From Octopus sinensis (lineage: Eukaryota): DNA of 64,000 bases. Positions 38,974 through 53,329 of the stretch are shown here, piece after piece (position 1 is the stretch's first letter; each line of letters opens with the position of its first letter). The stretch covers positions 248,001-312,000 of the forward strand of contig NC_043023.1 in assembly GCF_006345805.1 (NCBI RefSeq). The letters run 5' to 3'. The position numbers were made by a program, and so were the translations under genes. The notes beneath the pieces were generated by a model. The model was not told where the DNA came from. It worked only from the letters and a program-made list of their open reading frames with translations, and made no database searches.

Positions 38974-40365
38974 TGCACTCGACTCCCTGGTCGAAAACTG
39001 ATGAAGAGTTGGCGACCGTCTGTGTTTGTTCATCTGCGCATTTAGTATATGTTTTTCAACTTGCACTTCAGTGTTTTTTCCCGTTCGTTTGTTTATTATT
39101 ATACGGGTATTACGGGTATGACTTATAAGAATATTATTCACGTAACACGATACACTCCTAATTTTTGATCCCCCACCACACATACACATATATATATAAC
39201 GGGCTTCGTTCAGTTTCAGTCTACCAGATTCACTCACAATACTGTGGTCAGCGCAAGTCTATGTTCGAAGGAACTTGTCCAAAGTGCCTCGCATTGAGAC
39301 TGAACCCAGAAACACGCGGTTGGGAAGCAAACTTCCTTCAACACAGCCACGCTAACGCTTATACATCCACACTTGTGCGCGAAAAATTATTACAGTTACA
39401 ATTTGTGCGCACGCGTGTGTGTGTGTGAACGTCTATATGCGTGCATGTGTGTTATTTGAAACAGCCTTAAATAAATACACTGATGAGTATGTATATCCCT
39501 AGGAGACGAAATTATGTCGAAACACCGGTGTCTGACGGTTCGCTGATGCTATTTCCAGCTCGCCGTGTTTCTAAGACGCAGTCGCTAAACAGAAGATTCG
39601 CCGAGACAAAATAATAGACCTGGCACCGTTCGAAATTTGCACACACAATTTCCAATGTGTGTTATGTTGCGTTCATAAAGATGGCTGTCGATAAAATGGA
39701 ATTATCAAAATAATAAATAAATAAATAAAAAACAACCTTCTATCAAATATGTTCTGGAGTTGATTTCTTCGACTGAAACCTTTCGGCATGGAGCGGTTTC
39801 AATGATTGAAACAAGTAGAAAGTAAGAGATGAATAGATGTGTGAACGTCTGAGCATTTCTTTCAACAGTGTAGCTCGCGGCACCTCTGTCGTATGCGTCT
39901 GATACTGTATATCGTTACATGTCGGTCTGTGCAGACGTATATAGACATATATATATATACTTGTCTGGCATAAATACAGACAGACGAAGGAATATGACAA
40001 CAATGTCGGAATTTGCCAACTCGAAACAAGAACAAAAGCTGGAATTACAGACGTCATCATAATACGGTGCCCCTCTCAAACTGAAAACTCATTACAAGAC
40101 AAAAGTAGTGTGGATGTGTGTGTTGTAATCTTTCATCTTTATAGCTGCGTTCATTTTTTATTTAATGTTTTTCCAAATTCTACTTCAAACAATTCAACAT
40201 AGAAAATGGGCATTTAGAGTGACACACACGCATGTGTATGTGTATATGTATATATATATATATATACATACATATCAACACATCTATATATGCCACACAT
40301 CTATCTATATATATATATATTATATATATTATATATATACCGATACATATAAGCTTACATATAAG

Positions 40366-40425
<60 letters not shown>

Positions 40426-40447
40426 TACATATAAGCTTACATATAAG

Positions 40448-40497
<50 letters not shown>

Positions 40498-40935
40498 TAT
40501 GTATGTATGTATACACACAGAAACAAATATAGATATATATCGATATACATACGAATATATATATCAATATACACACAACTATATATATATAATAGTAATA
40601 ATAAAGGATAAATAATACACACACACACAGACACACGCACATTTATACGTGCACGCATGTATTCCTACGCACTAACATTGAAAAAAGCCCCACTCCTCTG
40701 GTGTTTCCCTTGTGTGGGATCTTGCGCATGTAATACATTTCTTGTAAAACTATTATGTAACCGGAAGTGAAACCTTCACCATCCGGTTTATTGTTTATGC
40801 AACAATAGCAAACTTGAGTACATGAACATGTACGGGTGTATAGCGTGTAGGTGTGCGTGTGTGTATAATAAGTAATGTTTGTAGCCACTTCAACATGGCC
40901 GTATGTATGTGTGCGTCTGTGTGTGTGTTGTATAT

Positions 40936-40982
<47 letters not shown>

Positions 40983-41097
40983 GTATATATTTATATATAT
41001 ATATACATATATATTTATATATGTATACATACAGAGAGAGAGTGAGAGAGAGATAGAGAGAGAGCTGAGCTTGTTTTCTTTTACTGTATAAGGTATC

Positions 41098-41129
<32 letters not shown>

Positions 41130-41299
41130 CATTATTATCATCATTATTATTATTATTATTGCATATTTGTATGTGTGTGGTGTGTGGTAAGATATTAATG
41201 CAAATAGCAGATTGTTTTTGAAGATGATATATACAGAGACACTCGCATATACAGAAGTCAACACACGTAAAAATAAATGTCTGTAGGATTATATATGTG

Positions 41300-41339
<40 letters not shown>

Positions 41340-41351
41340 ACATAATAATAT

Positions 41352-41753
41352 ATTCTTTTATTCGTTTCAGTCATTTGACTGCGGTCATGCTGGAGCATTG
41401 CCTTTAGCCGAACAAATCAACCCCCAGGACTTATTCTTTGTAAGCCTAGTACTTATTCTATCGGTCTCTTGTGCCGAACCGCTACCTCACGGGGGCGTAA
41501 ACACACCAACATCGATTGTCAAGCGATCGTAGTGGGACACAAAGACACAAACACGCGCGCGCGTGCACACACACACACACGCGCGTATTCGGCGGGCTTC
41601 TTTCAGTTTCCGGCTACCAAATCCACTCACAAAGGCTTTGCTCTGCCTGAGGCTATATATAGTAGAAAACAATTTGCCCAAGGTGTCACGCAGCAGGACA
41701 GAACCCGGAACCATGTGGTTGCGAGGCAAGCTACTTACTACACAACCACGCCT
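41352..41753 (-). mobile_element. SINE family A
   Basis: Near-complete reverse-complement family A sequence. Confidence 0.88.
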
Positions 41754-41903
41754 ATCTATCTATCTATCTATCTACCTACCTATCTATCTACCTACCTACC
41801 CACCAACCCACCCACCTACCTACCTACCTACGTACCTATCTATCTATCTACCTACCCAATACCCCAACCACCCACCTACCTACCTACCTACCTACCTACC
41901 TAC

Positions 41904-41934
<31 letters not shown>

Positions 41935-42247
41935 CCTACCTACCTACCTACCTACCTACCTACCTACAAACACACACACACACACAAAGTAGGCATATGC
42001 AAAACAAAGTGGAAATAATAGTATTCATAAACGAAAGGTAGAATAAAAATGCTATTCTATTAATGCCGAAAAACAAAAAAAACAACAATATTCAGAAACT
42101 GTTACTCAGCGTTCCACGTAACCGTCCATCAGACTGATTTGATACTACAGTCGGTATTATCACGACTTTCTAATGCCCGGTTACGTGAAAGCCTTTGAGT
42201 AAACAGCTTGCGAAATTTGTGTGTGTGTGGAGAGAGAGCTTTAATAA

Positions 42248-42291
<44 letters not shown>

Positions 42292-42663
42292 ATATATTTA
42301 TACATATATATATATAATATCATGTATACATATATATATATGAAAGAGGGAGAGAGAGCGATTGAGTAAACAGCTGCCCCGATGCAAGACTTTCTGCTAA
42401 TATGTTGACATTACGTGTGGTATTGAAAGGGTAATGGAATATCCCAGAGCAGCGGTTTGATATAGATGAAAGGGGAGAGGGCAAAGGGTGAGACCTGATC
42501 ATATAGCTTGTTTACATACATATATGCATGTTTACACACACACATACACACATGTTTATGTATACATGCAATGTTCACATGTGTATATGTATACGTGTTA
42601 CATACACAGTTATAATGAAACCCAAAAGTCCTGTGACTTATATAAATATATATGAACACGTGT

Positions 42664-42730
<67 letters not shown>

Positions 42731-42970
42731 GCTGAGGGCACTAGTCAGCACAAGAATCATCTGTCATAATAAGTGACAAGTGTCAGTCGTTAAGATAACT
42801 CTCATTTCTAGCAATACTGGTGTCCACTAGTGTCCTCGGTCACCGTTGTGTCGTATATATTTCTCTCTTCAGTTGTAAAGTTGCGAACAAACGACCCACA
42901 CACACACACACCACACACACACATATTATATATATATATACTCTATATATATATATATATATATATATAG

Positions 42971-43002
<32 letters not shown>

Positions 43003-44013
43003 ATATAATATATATATATATACACGCATACATGAGTAATAAATATACACATACATATCTACAGCGTTATACTAATACATCTGTTTGTTTTCTACACAAC
43101 CTGTCTTCGTCTTTTGTTTTTTTCGTGAACTCCCCCTATATATATATATATAAACATGTAATATATATATATATACATAAAAACATGTAATATACAAATA
43201 AATATCTGTAAATATAAAACCATCCGAATATCTGAGTCCCTCATTTCCTCTAATACCCGTACATCATCTCCAAACCTTCTATCTATACATGCAGACATAC
43301 CCGCATTCGCACATACTTACATATGCACACATGTATACATATATACAAGCATTTATACATACAAATACCTACAAGTGCACATAAGCAGACGGGTTCATCA
43401 TGTATGGAAATGAATACGTTAAGCCTTCTTAATATGTTACTGCCAGTCCTTTAAGACCAGTAGTTTCTAACTTGGGTCCCTTGGGTGCATTCTGATCTCA
43501 CGAAGGTGCGCTAGAGCAAGCGCTGAATGTTTAGAGCAAGGGTTCTGAACCGAGATCTATATCAGGTCTTTTGGTGTCTGCGGATGGAATACAGTAAAAT
43601 GGGATGTCGAAAAGTCCACACCATATGTTAACGGATAAAAAAAAAAGAAGTAAAGTATGCGTTGTTGAAAGAACCTAGATTCTTTTCAAATCTTCTAACA
43701 CATTGCTGAATTCTAGATCCCAAATTTTCAGGGGTTGTAAACATATAGATAAGTTCCTGATGACGAATTGGAGAGTACCACCCTCTCCGGACTGAATAAC
43801 TGCACCACAGACACTTAAGCTAGTATCTTTTCTGCCTTATATTTTATGGTCTAAGGGGAAATACCTCTAATTCCCCTCTTTTGCTTCTTTCAATTTTCTT
43901 TTACTTTTTCCGGTTTTTAACCTCCCACCTTTTATATCTACTTGTTTCTCGCCTTTTCTCGCTTTTTCTCTCATCCAATCGTCTAATTTTTAGTTCGTTA
44001 TGCCATGTGGGCA

Positions 44014-44095
44014 GTGCCTGATGATTGTGCTAGGACACCAAAGTGTTAATAATACCGTGTGGCATGCTTTCAGCACATGAAACTAATAGTAGCAC
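44014..44095 (+). ncRNA. Type-I hammerhead ribozyme motif, intact core
   Basis: GTGC-CTGATGA-t-TGTGCT...AGCACA-t-GAAAC-TAATA-GTA-GCAC; stems I, II and III can all form; U-U at the base of stem II. Confidence 0.7.
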
Positions 44096-44215
44096 ATAAA
44101 AAACATGTGTGTATTAAATCAGATGAAGTTCTTTTATTTATTTATTTATTTATATATAATCCCCACATCTTTTCCTTTCTCCGTTATATTTTCTACATTT
44201 CTTTTTACCCTCATT

Positions 44216-44248
44216 CTTTTCTATCGAAGAGCGTAGGCTCGAAACGTC
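44216..44248 (+). ncRNA. Second copy of the variant minimal hammerhead-like motif (same family as 7595)
   Basis: CTTTT-CTATCGA-A-GAGC-gtag-GCTC-GAAAC-GTC followed by (AC)n. Confidence 0.45.
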
Positions 44249-45420
44249 ACACACACACACATGGCGGACTTCTTTCTGTTTCCGCTTACCAAATCCACTC
44301 ATGCTACTCAGTGAGACTGAACCCGAAACCATGTGGTTGGGAAGCAAACTTCTTACCACAGAGCCACATCTGCGCTTATTAATGAAAAACTCATAAAGTG
44401 TCCCCAGTGATGGCAGACTTATGAAAGGCGGCAATTAAAAAAAACAAAAAACAAACATACACGATGACCTTTCTGAAAATGTATCTCCCTGCAATATCAT
44501 GTAATGCAAATAGCTTATTGATATTCTGTATTGAACATGATTATGTAAACAAGCAATTGTCGTTCAATCAATAAACTCTTGTACAATGTTATACAATGTT
44601 TTATGCCTTTTAAAGCAACACCAGATGCTGTCAAATTTCATTTAGTGCTCGATTCCCAGCGGCGTCCACTCTCTCTTCGCAGATTTGGTAAAAGTAACAA
44701 AATTTTTTTATAACAGATAAGAACTCAGAGCAAAGAGTAAATGGATAAATCATTGATCTTTTCATCGATCTTTAAAATCTCTCAGCTGATAAGGCGAGGG
44801 GGTGTCTAATGTCTACTCGTGAATACAGAGGCACCTAAAACTATTAGAGAAAAAAAAGTACATCTTACTAAATCATACTCAATTGTGTGCAGGAGAGAGA
44901 GGCAGGCACATTGAAAAAGAGACGCAGAGGTAACAGAGACATTGGTCATAGCCCCAACTATTTTCTTATAAGTTATTGAGCACTAAGTTATTAAACATAT
45001 TAAAATACACATTGTTAGGGTCATATGTGTTTGGCTACAATCATAAATGCGATATATCTACGTACGTGTGAAAGAGAGAATTTACGGTTTTATTTCGAGA
45101 TTTCTGACATTGCTATATCTGGCAACACACACACACACACACACATACACACACATGCACGCACAGGAGCGCGCACGCACGGAAGTTCACACAGAGACGG
45201 AGTGATTCAGACGTCGAGACAGACAGGAAGAGAGAGACACAAAAGGCGGGAAGCGACGGGTAGCTGGGGTTGAAAGAAACAGAGGGTACATAGAAATCAA
45301 TACGGGTGTACAGAGTGCTCAGCTAAAAAAAAATAACATGCACCCACAGAGTGTTTAGAAATGTATATACGTACTTAAAAACATATAGACGTGTGTATAT
45401 AAGCTTCTATATATATAAGC

Positions 45421-45467
<47 letters not shown>

Positions 45468-45510
45468 ATATATATACAGACATATTATCAGATTTTGGCA
45501 AATATGCATG

Positions 45511-45556
<46 letters not shown>

Positions 45557-46098
45557 GAAATAAAAAATTGTTTTGTACAAATACGTGTATATTCATATCC
45601 TATTTCAGCATATGCACATATGTATATACATGTGTGTGTATGTGCGTGAAATATATTGTATGTATATATATAATATATATAATATATATATATATATATA
45701 ACATATATATATATAGGTTTGCGTGTGCAAATGAGGAGTTGGGGTTGGAGGGGAAATCGTGCATCGGTTCAACTATATTTACAGTTGCACGCATATACGG
45801 CACACATATTATACACACACACATACACACTTCTACATGTACGTGTGTGTTTAAGCGCACAGGTATGTTTGCATAGACAAACACACATATTTCTACATGT
45901 ACGTGTGTTTATGCTCGCAGGTATGTATGTACACACACACACACACACACTTTGATAGCCACAAAAATACACACATAAAGGATAGACACCATACAGACGA
46001 ACATGTACACACACACGCACAGAGACGTATATATATACACAGACATATACACACATCAAACAACAATGTGAATTGGTGCAATACGGAATTTATGTGCG

Positions 46099-46104
<6 letters not shown>

Positions 46105-46180
<76 letters not shown>

Positions 46181-46330
46181 TGAGAGAGAGGACGAGAGGA
46201 GAGAGAGAGAGAGAGGGATGGAGAGAGAGGGAGAGAGAGAAAGAGAGGGAGAGAGAGAAAGAGAGTGAGAGAGAGAAAGAGAGAGAGAGAGAGGAGAGAG
46301 AGAAGGAGAGAGAGAGGGGGCGGGAGAGAG
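46105..46330. repeat. (GA)n microsatellite
   Basis: Direct inspection. Confidence 0.95.
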
Positions 46331-46603
46331 ACATACGCACACGTGCGCGAACACACGCGCGCACGCACACACATATACACACGCAGAGTGAACCGGTGCA
46401 GGAGCGAGTGTATAGTTTCTTTACAGTGGCTTCGTTTCACAGCTTGAACCCACTGACTTCGGGTGACGGGTGGGTACCGGGTAGATGCCAGGGTGGTTTC
46501 GTGGTGGAACTGCGGGTATTGGCGATGATGAGTGTGTGTGTGATGGAGAAGACAAAGAGAAAGGATGGAGGGGGAATGCTGTATGTAGGGGTGATGGTGT
46601 GAG

Positions 46604-47590
46604 TTTAGCCGCTGGTCTCTCTACATCCTTTTGACCCTGTCATCAAAGACGTTCCATCTGTGTCCATCCCGTCTTTGATTCAGATAGACTATCTAGAGCC
46701 GCATTATCTAACGTAACGTAGTTTGTATTAACGGCTATGATCAATCAAAGACGCTCCATTTGTGACCGTCCCTGGTCTGTCTGCATCCTTTTGACCCTGT
46801 CATCAAAGACGTTCCATCTGTGTCCATCCCGTCTTTGATTCAGAGAGACTATCTAGAGCCACATTATCTAACGTAACGTAGTTTGTATTAACGGCTATGA
46901 CCAATCAAAGACGCTCCATTTGTGACCGTCCCATCTTTGATTCAGATATGATGTATCAAGAATTACATTAAAATGTATAGTGGTAAGTATTAGTGGCTCT
47001 AGTGGTTGTTGTTTAGCCCCAGGTCAGTCCTGATGCAGTAGACTTATGAACAAAGACGTTCAAGCCATGACCATCCCATCAGTTATTTAGGCTACATTAT
47101 CTAATGTATAGAATGACCATCCCATCAGTTATTTAGGCTACATTATCTAATGTATAGAATAAGAGTAATAACGGTTACAGTTGTGGATTAGCCCCAGGTC
47201 AGTACTGATCCAGCAGACTATTGATCAAAGATGTTCCAGCTGTGACCATCACATCTTTTCTTCAAACATTGTATCTAGGATTACATAGTCTAATGTATAG
47301 TAGAATAGTTAATATTAGTGACTATAGCTGTTGTTCTGTCTCGGGGCAGTGCTGAACCAGTTGACATATGATCAATGGTCTTCCAGCCGTGACCATCCCA
47401 TTTGTTATTCAGACATAGTGTATCTAAGACTACATTACCTAATGAATAGAATGATAACATTAATGCCTGTATTTGCTGTAGTTTAGATCTGCGTCAGCGC
47501 TGACACAGCAGACATGGGATCAAAATGTTCCAGCTCATATAATTCAGACAAAGGACTACACTATTTAATGTGTTGTATGCTGTTTAGACT
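46604..47590 (+). repeat. Family D tandem array (about 7-8 units) with recent internal ~160-bp and ~45-bp duplications
   Basis: Same unit as 24470-25290; 46613-46772 is nearly identical to 46773-46932. Confidence 0.88.
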
Positions 47591-47814
47591 TGAAACGAAA
47601 GAACTTATAGCTAATCAGATCAACTACTGCACGATATATCAAATGATGTAGATACATGATGATGAGTGAAAGATGGGATGGTCAAAGACGATTATCTGCT
47701 GATGTGCGAATAAAACCTATCATCCATCCATATATATATATATAAAAGAAAATATATGCACATATGCGTATATATTTTTTCTTCATCTTCTGTATGTATA
47801 TATGTATGTATATA

Positions 47815-48025
47815 TATTCTTTTATTCCTTTACTTGTTTCAGTCATTTGTCTGCGGCCATGCTGGAGTACCACCTTTAGTCGAGCAAATCGACCCCGGGA
47901 CTTATTCTTTGTAAGCCCAGTACTTATTCTATTGGTCTCTTTTGCCGAACCGCTAAGTGACGGGGACGTAAACACACCAGCATCGGTTGTCAAGCAATGC
48001 TAGGAGGACAAACACAGACACACAA

Positions 48026-48056
<31 letters not shown>

Positions 48057-48410
48057 CATATATACGACAGGCTTCTTTCAGTTTCCGTCTACCAAATCCA
48101 CTCACAAGGCATTGATCGGCCCGAGGCTATAGCAGAAGACACTTGCCCGAGGTGCCACGCAGTGGGACTGAACCCGGAACCATGTGGTATGTATATATAT
48201 TCTTTTATTCTTTTACTTGTTTCAGTCATTTTCTGTGGCCATGCTGGAGCACCACCTTTAGTAGAAGAAATCGACCCCAGAACTCATTCTTTGTAAGCAT
48301 AGTACTTATTTCTACCGGCCTCTTTTGCCAAACCGGTAATTTTTGGTGACGTAAACACACCAACGTTGGTTGTCAAGCGATGGACGGGGGACAAACACAG
48401 ACACAAATAT
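47815..48410 (-). mobile_element. Two adjacent SINE family A copies (both 5'-truncated)
   Basis: ttacttgtttcagtcattt restarts at about 47830 and 48212. Confidence 0.88.
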
Positions 48411-48516
48411 ACACACACATATAATTAGAGGATATGTTGCATCCATGGAAATACTGGTTCAATACCTAGTATTGTTGGGGAATGAAATTCCCTTAAAACA
48501 ATAGGTATATATTAAG

Positions 48517-48985
48517 CATATAATTTATATCCAGTTAAAAGAAGAAAAGAAAATCGAAAGTAGGATGTTGATAATTATATATTATTAACAAATTGGTCAT
48601 CTTCACTTCTTACAGCCGTTTCAATTAATATTCAAGAATTTCATTACCAATCTGTGCATTAAATTCGTATTTAAGTGACATGAGCATAATTTCATCAGAA
48701 GAAAGAAAGATGTAGCTTGGGATGCTATATATGGACCTATCGAGTCTGCTGAAATGAATTGATAGGACCACATATAACATCCCAAGGTACGTATTTTTTT
48801 CCTCTGATGAAATTAAGTTCATGTTACAAAAATACAAATTTCATGTATAAATGTATAAATTTATAATTAAATTATTGAGTATTAATTAATTAATTGAAGA
48901 AGCGAAAATGACCAATTTGTTAATAAATAATTGTTAACTTTCTTATCTCCATTTTTTTCTTCCTTTAACTGGATATAAACTATGT
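48517..48985. mobile_element. Long foldback/palindromic MITE-like element
   Basis: Nested inverted matches: atatccagttaaa/tttaactggatat, ttattaacaaattggtcat/atgaccaatttgttaataa, taatttcatcaga/tctgatgaaatta, cttgggatg/catcccaag, cctatc/gatagg. Confidence 0.85.
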
Positions 48986-49078
48986 GTGTGTGTATGTATG
49001 TATGTATGTATGTATGTATGTATATATATGTGGTAAATGAAAGACGAAAGATGGAATATACGAGAATTTTTGTTATTA

Positions 49079-49180
49079 ATCACGACAACTGTTTCGGCAC
49101 ATCGAGCATCAATCACGGGTGGGATACTTACCAACTGGTTTAGGAGCATCCGGCGGTGCAGATGTGTCTTATCGGGTGAT
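49079..49180 (-). ncRNA. Decayed type-I hammerhead motif
   Basis: Minus strand: ATCAC-CCGATAA-GaCACATC...GATGTGcC-GAAAC-AGTT-GTC-GTGAT; good stems, two core transitions. Confidence 0.55.
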
Positions 49181-49476
49181 AAATAGATACAACTCGTTAA
49201 AGTAACAGTTCCGCAATGCATCTTCTCATTTCGTAGAATGAAAAACAGCAAAACGAAGGAAATATCTTCAAAATTAAAATAAAATGTGTGAGTGTGTATA
49301 TGTATATATATATATATATGTGTATGTGTATATTTAAATGGCTAAAAAACCACTATGTGGTTAGCCCTTTAAATATACACATGCATTAGAATTTTCTGAT
49401 TCTTCAGATTTTTGTATGCTAGGCTACTGGTTTTAAATTGATATTAATTAAATTAATATTAATTTATCTCCCTCAT

Positions 49477-49515
<39 letters not shown>

Positions 49516-49769
49516 TATATATATATATGTATGTATATATATATATATGTATGTATGTATATGTATATATATATATATGTATATGTATATATATATATGC
49601 GCGCGCGTGTATATATATATATCTATACACATATAAATATATGTTCCTATATATGTGTGTGTGTGTGTGTATTCACATGTATATATACTCGTGTATATGT
49701 GAGATTAACAAAGACACACACATATACATACTTACATACAGGAGATGAATGTGCTTGTATTTTAACGTG

Positions 49770-49805
<36 letters not shown>

Positions 49806-50294
49806 ATACACACACACACACACATATATATATATCCGCAGATCTCATTACTGATGGAACGCTGAACACAAAAGACTCAGGAAGTTTCGTGTTTTTTAAC
49901 GTGGTTTACGATGGTGTTTTTTTTCTTGGCCACCAGAATCTGTACAAATATCATGAGGTCATCTATAAACAACTTCTATTGGTTATTGAGCTGATAGTGT
50001 TTGTAATTATATATTTAATTGTTGCTGCTGCTGTTGTTGTTGTTGTTGGAGGGCTTCGTTGCCGTTGTGCTCGGAGATGTTACGGCAAGAATAGGAGGAG
50101 AACGAAATGTATGTAGATGTGGATGCATCTAAAGGTCTTTTATATATATATACATATATATAAACCAGCAATGCGCACTGTTTATGTCACAAAAGGACTC
50201 TTGGTGAATGAAAGTGTATACATGTATAGAAATATGTTTGTGTGTGTGTGACAAAGAGAGATAAAGGATGTCTATAGTCACGTGGTGTGTATGT

Positions 50295-50326
<32 letters not shown>

Positions 50327-50814
50327 CACACACATACATACATACCCACACCTTTATACGACAGATGTTTGTGTGTATGTATTCTGTATATGTGAGTATA
50401 TATATATGTGTGTGTGTATATGCATATGTACAAATATACATATATATATACACACAAACACATACATACCCGCACCTTTATATAGACAGATGTTTGTGTG
50501 TATGTATACTGTATATATGAGTATATATATATGTGTGTATATGCATATGTACCAATATACATATATATATATATATATATATATGCACATACACACATAT
50601 GTAAGCACACATACACACAAACATATACATGCACACACAGACACGCACGCACACATGAGTACACATACACACAAACATACATGTATACACATATACACAC
50701 ATACCAGTCTTGTATCCATTATCTTCCAACAAAACTAATTTTTTTGGCTGTTTCCTTTCATTTCGTTTATGACAGAATCAGTTTTTTGAGAATATTTAGT
50801 GTTATTATTATTCG

Positions 50815-51195
50815 TTGGTGGTGGTGGTGATGGTAGTAGTAGTGGTGACATAGTGGTAGTGGTGGTGGCGGTTGTTGTGATAGTGGTGGTAGTTGTGGTG
50901 GTAGCGGTGATGGTGTGGTTGTCGTAGTGGTAGTAACGCTGGTAGTGGTGATAGCGGTGGTGATTGTTGTGGTGGAGCTAGTTAGATGGTGGTAGTGGTA
51001 GTGGCAGTTGAGGTGGTGATAGTAGTGGTAGCGGTGATGGTGGTTGTCGTGGTGGTGTTTGACGTTGCAGTAGTTGTGGTGGCGTTGAATGTATGGTGTT
51101 GTATTGGGTTGTAGTTCATTTAGTGGTGCTCTGGTAGTAGTTACAGTATTGGCTGCAGCTGTAGGCATGATAGTAGTTGCCGTAGTAGTGGCTCA
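50815..51195. repeat. Degenerate (GTG/GTA)n trinucleotide tract
   Basis: Direct inspection. Confidence 0.85.
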
Positions 51196-51599
51196 GGGGG
51201 GGGGGGTGCAGCAGTTGAACTTCTTGTCAACTGTGATCCAAAGATCAAAGGCCGTGACAATCCCGTTGGTTCCTATTTCCAAGGATCCCACAATCACCTT
51301 ATCCAACAAATCCTTTCTTAAGACAGTAGGGTGTGGTTTGAGGGAGAATTCAGCAGCTATTTGTTGAGCACGTTCGTGTGTGTATTTATTCAGGCGTAGT
51401 GTGACTGAGTGGGATTCAGTCCCACTGCGTAGCACATTGGGCAAGTAGCTTTCATGATAGTCCTAGGTGGACCTTATTAGTTTTAACTTGTGCCTGTATG
51501 TATGCATGTGGGTATGCTAATGCACGAGGTAGAAAGAGGTAGAGAAGTGTCGAGTATACGTAATACGGGTATGTGTATATGTACGAATAAACATAAGGA

Positions 51600-52790
51600 C
51601 GGTTTCAATAATCTAGATCAGTCACGCCCTTAATTCGTTTAGTGAATGCTCTCTGAGGTGATTCAATTTTCGAAATATTTTGCTTTGTGTGGGGAGACCA
51701 CAAGGGGCAGCAATATTCAAAGTGTGGCCGTTCAGAGCAGGAGAAAAGAGAACTGATGACACATTGTTCTCTGGACCGGAAACTTCTTAGAATCCAGGAG
51801 CTCATATCGATCTTATTGTTGATGTGAATACTTCAGCGGAGATTGTTGTCTACAATTACACCTAGGTCTCTGATATTGTTAGATGCTGTGAGTGCTTCCC
51901 TTGCAGGTAAAGAATATGGTTGTTTTAGTATAGACTTTTTTTCCCCCCAAAATGCATCAGTTCAAATTTTCCCTCGTTTAGTCGCATTTTGCTTTTGGCT
52001 ACCCATTGACTTACAGCTTGTAGATCAGATGGGAGTTCAGTTCGGTCTTCTCCGTTTGTAATTTTTTGGAGCTCGGAGTCATCAGCGAATATTTTCACTT
52101 TGCTGTGTTTGATGACGCTTGAAACGTCGTATATATTAGACTATAAACAAAAGCGGGCCCAAGACAGTCCCCTGAGGGACACCACTAGTAACTTTTGCTG
52201 GGCTTGAGTGGATTCCACCAATAATAATATGTGTTCTTTTCTCCAGGAAATACTCAATCCAGTGTAGTAGTTGACCATGGAATCCAGTATTTAACGACTT
52301 TAACAGTAGAATATTGTGGTCGACTCTGTCGAACGCTTTACTAAGGCATATGACATCAAAGTTCGAACCTGATCCCAAGGCTTTAAGGACATCATCGATG
52401 TGATGTAAGAGCTGTGTTTGACAGTCCTTGCCACAGCGAAAGCCGTGCTGGTTTGAATTTAAAAGATTGTGGGTATCTAGGAAGTCAGCTATTCTTGAGC
52501 TTAACACTCTTTCAAACACTTTGATGATATGGGAGGTGAGTGAGATTGGGCGATAGTTGAGAGTAAGGAATCTGTTTCCCTGTTTGAAAACCGGGATGAC
52601 AGACTGGGATAAGAGCTGTTTTGGTATATAACCCGAGTTTTAAGGATTTCTTCAGAGGTTGGTTAGAGGGACTGCAAGTTGGTGTCTATATTCTATCAGG
52701 ACACTAGTATTTGACCTCATTTATTGCTTCTATGATGTCAGAAGCAGTAAAGGTTATGTCGAGAGTATATGTTGAGGATCGACTTCGTTC
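51600..52790 (-). mobile_element. CR1/Jockey-group LINE reverse transcriptase remnant
   Basis: NYRPISLTSHIIKVFERV..NQHGFR..SKAFDRVDH..SGVPQGTVLGPLLF..IFADD..DLGVIVD..RPHFEYCCPLWSPH..IESPQRAFTKRI; frameshifted. Confidence 0.92.
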
Positions 52791-52899
52791 ACATCCTTTG
52801 TATATATATGGTTGCTTTTATTCTTGTGGACATTAATATTGTTTTAATATTAACATTTTATATATATATATAATATATATATATATTATATATATATGC

Positions 52900-53135
52900 G
52901 CCCTTTCTAAAGCCTAGCCAGGCTCATGGGCCCGTTTTCCATGGCTTATATGTTCCCAAGTTGGACGGGACACCAGTCCATCGCAGCGTTACTCATTTCT
53001 GCCAGCTGAGTGGACAGGAGCAACGTGAAATGAAGTGTTTTGCTCAAGAACACAACGCGTCGCCCGGTCCAGGAGTCGAAACCACAATCTACGATCATGG
53101 TGCTGACACCCTAACCACTAAGCCACGCGCCTCCA
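52900..53135 (-). mobile_element. SINE with family E head and a distinct tail
   Basis: gagcaacgtgaaatgaagtgttttgctcaagaacacaacgc..ggagtcgaaacc..ctaaccactaagccacgcgcc. Confidence 0.8.
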
Positions 53136-53329
53136 ACACAACATATGTGTACTGTATATATTTTTTATTTTTATAATTTGTATATATTTATTTTATTATA
53201 AATGCAAAACCTCACCCCACACTCGCCTCCCAAGTTTCATTTTCCATACAGTATGTGCGATTCTTTGTTTACTCATCTACGGTACACTACACATTTTCTT
53301 TTAATATATTTTAATTAATGTCTTATACA

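Noticed and set aside
42727-42843. Short inverted repeat gtggctgagggcactagt / actagtgtcctcggtcac
   Set aside because: Only ~18-bp imperfect arms and no TSD seen; probably a tiny decayed MITE, not enough for a call.
43757-43810. CTGATGA followed by a GGAGAG/CTCTCC hairpin
   Set aside because: No GAAAC..GTH or stem I; too decayed to call a hammerhead.
48800-48815. CTGATGA motif
   Set aside because: Part of the foldback arm, with no downstream GAAAC/GTH geometry.
50767-51168. His/Thr/Pro-rich ORF
   Set aside because: Product of a degenerate trinucleotide repeat.
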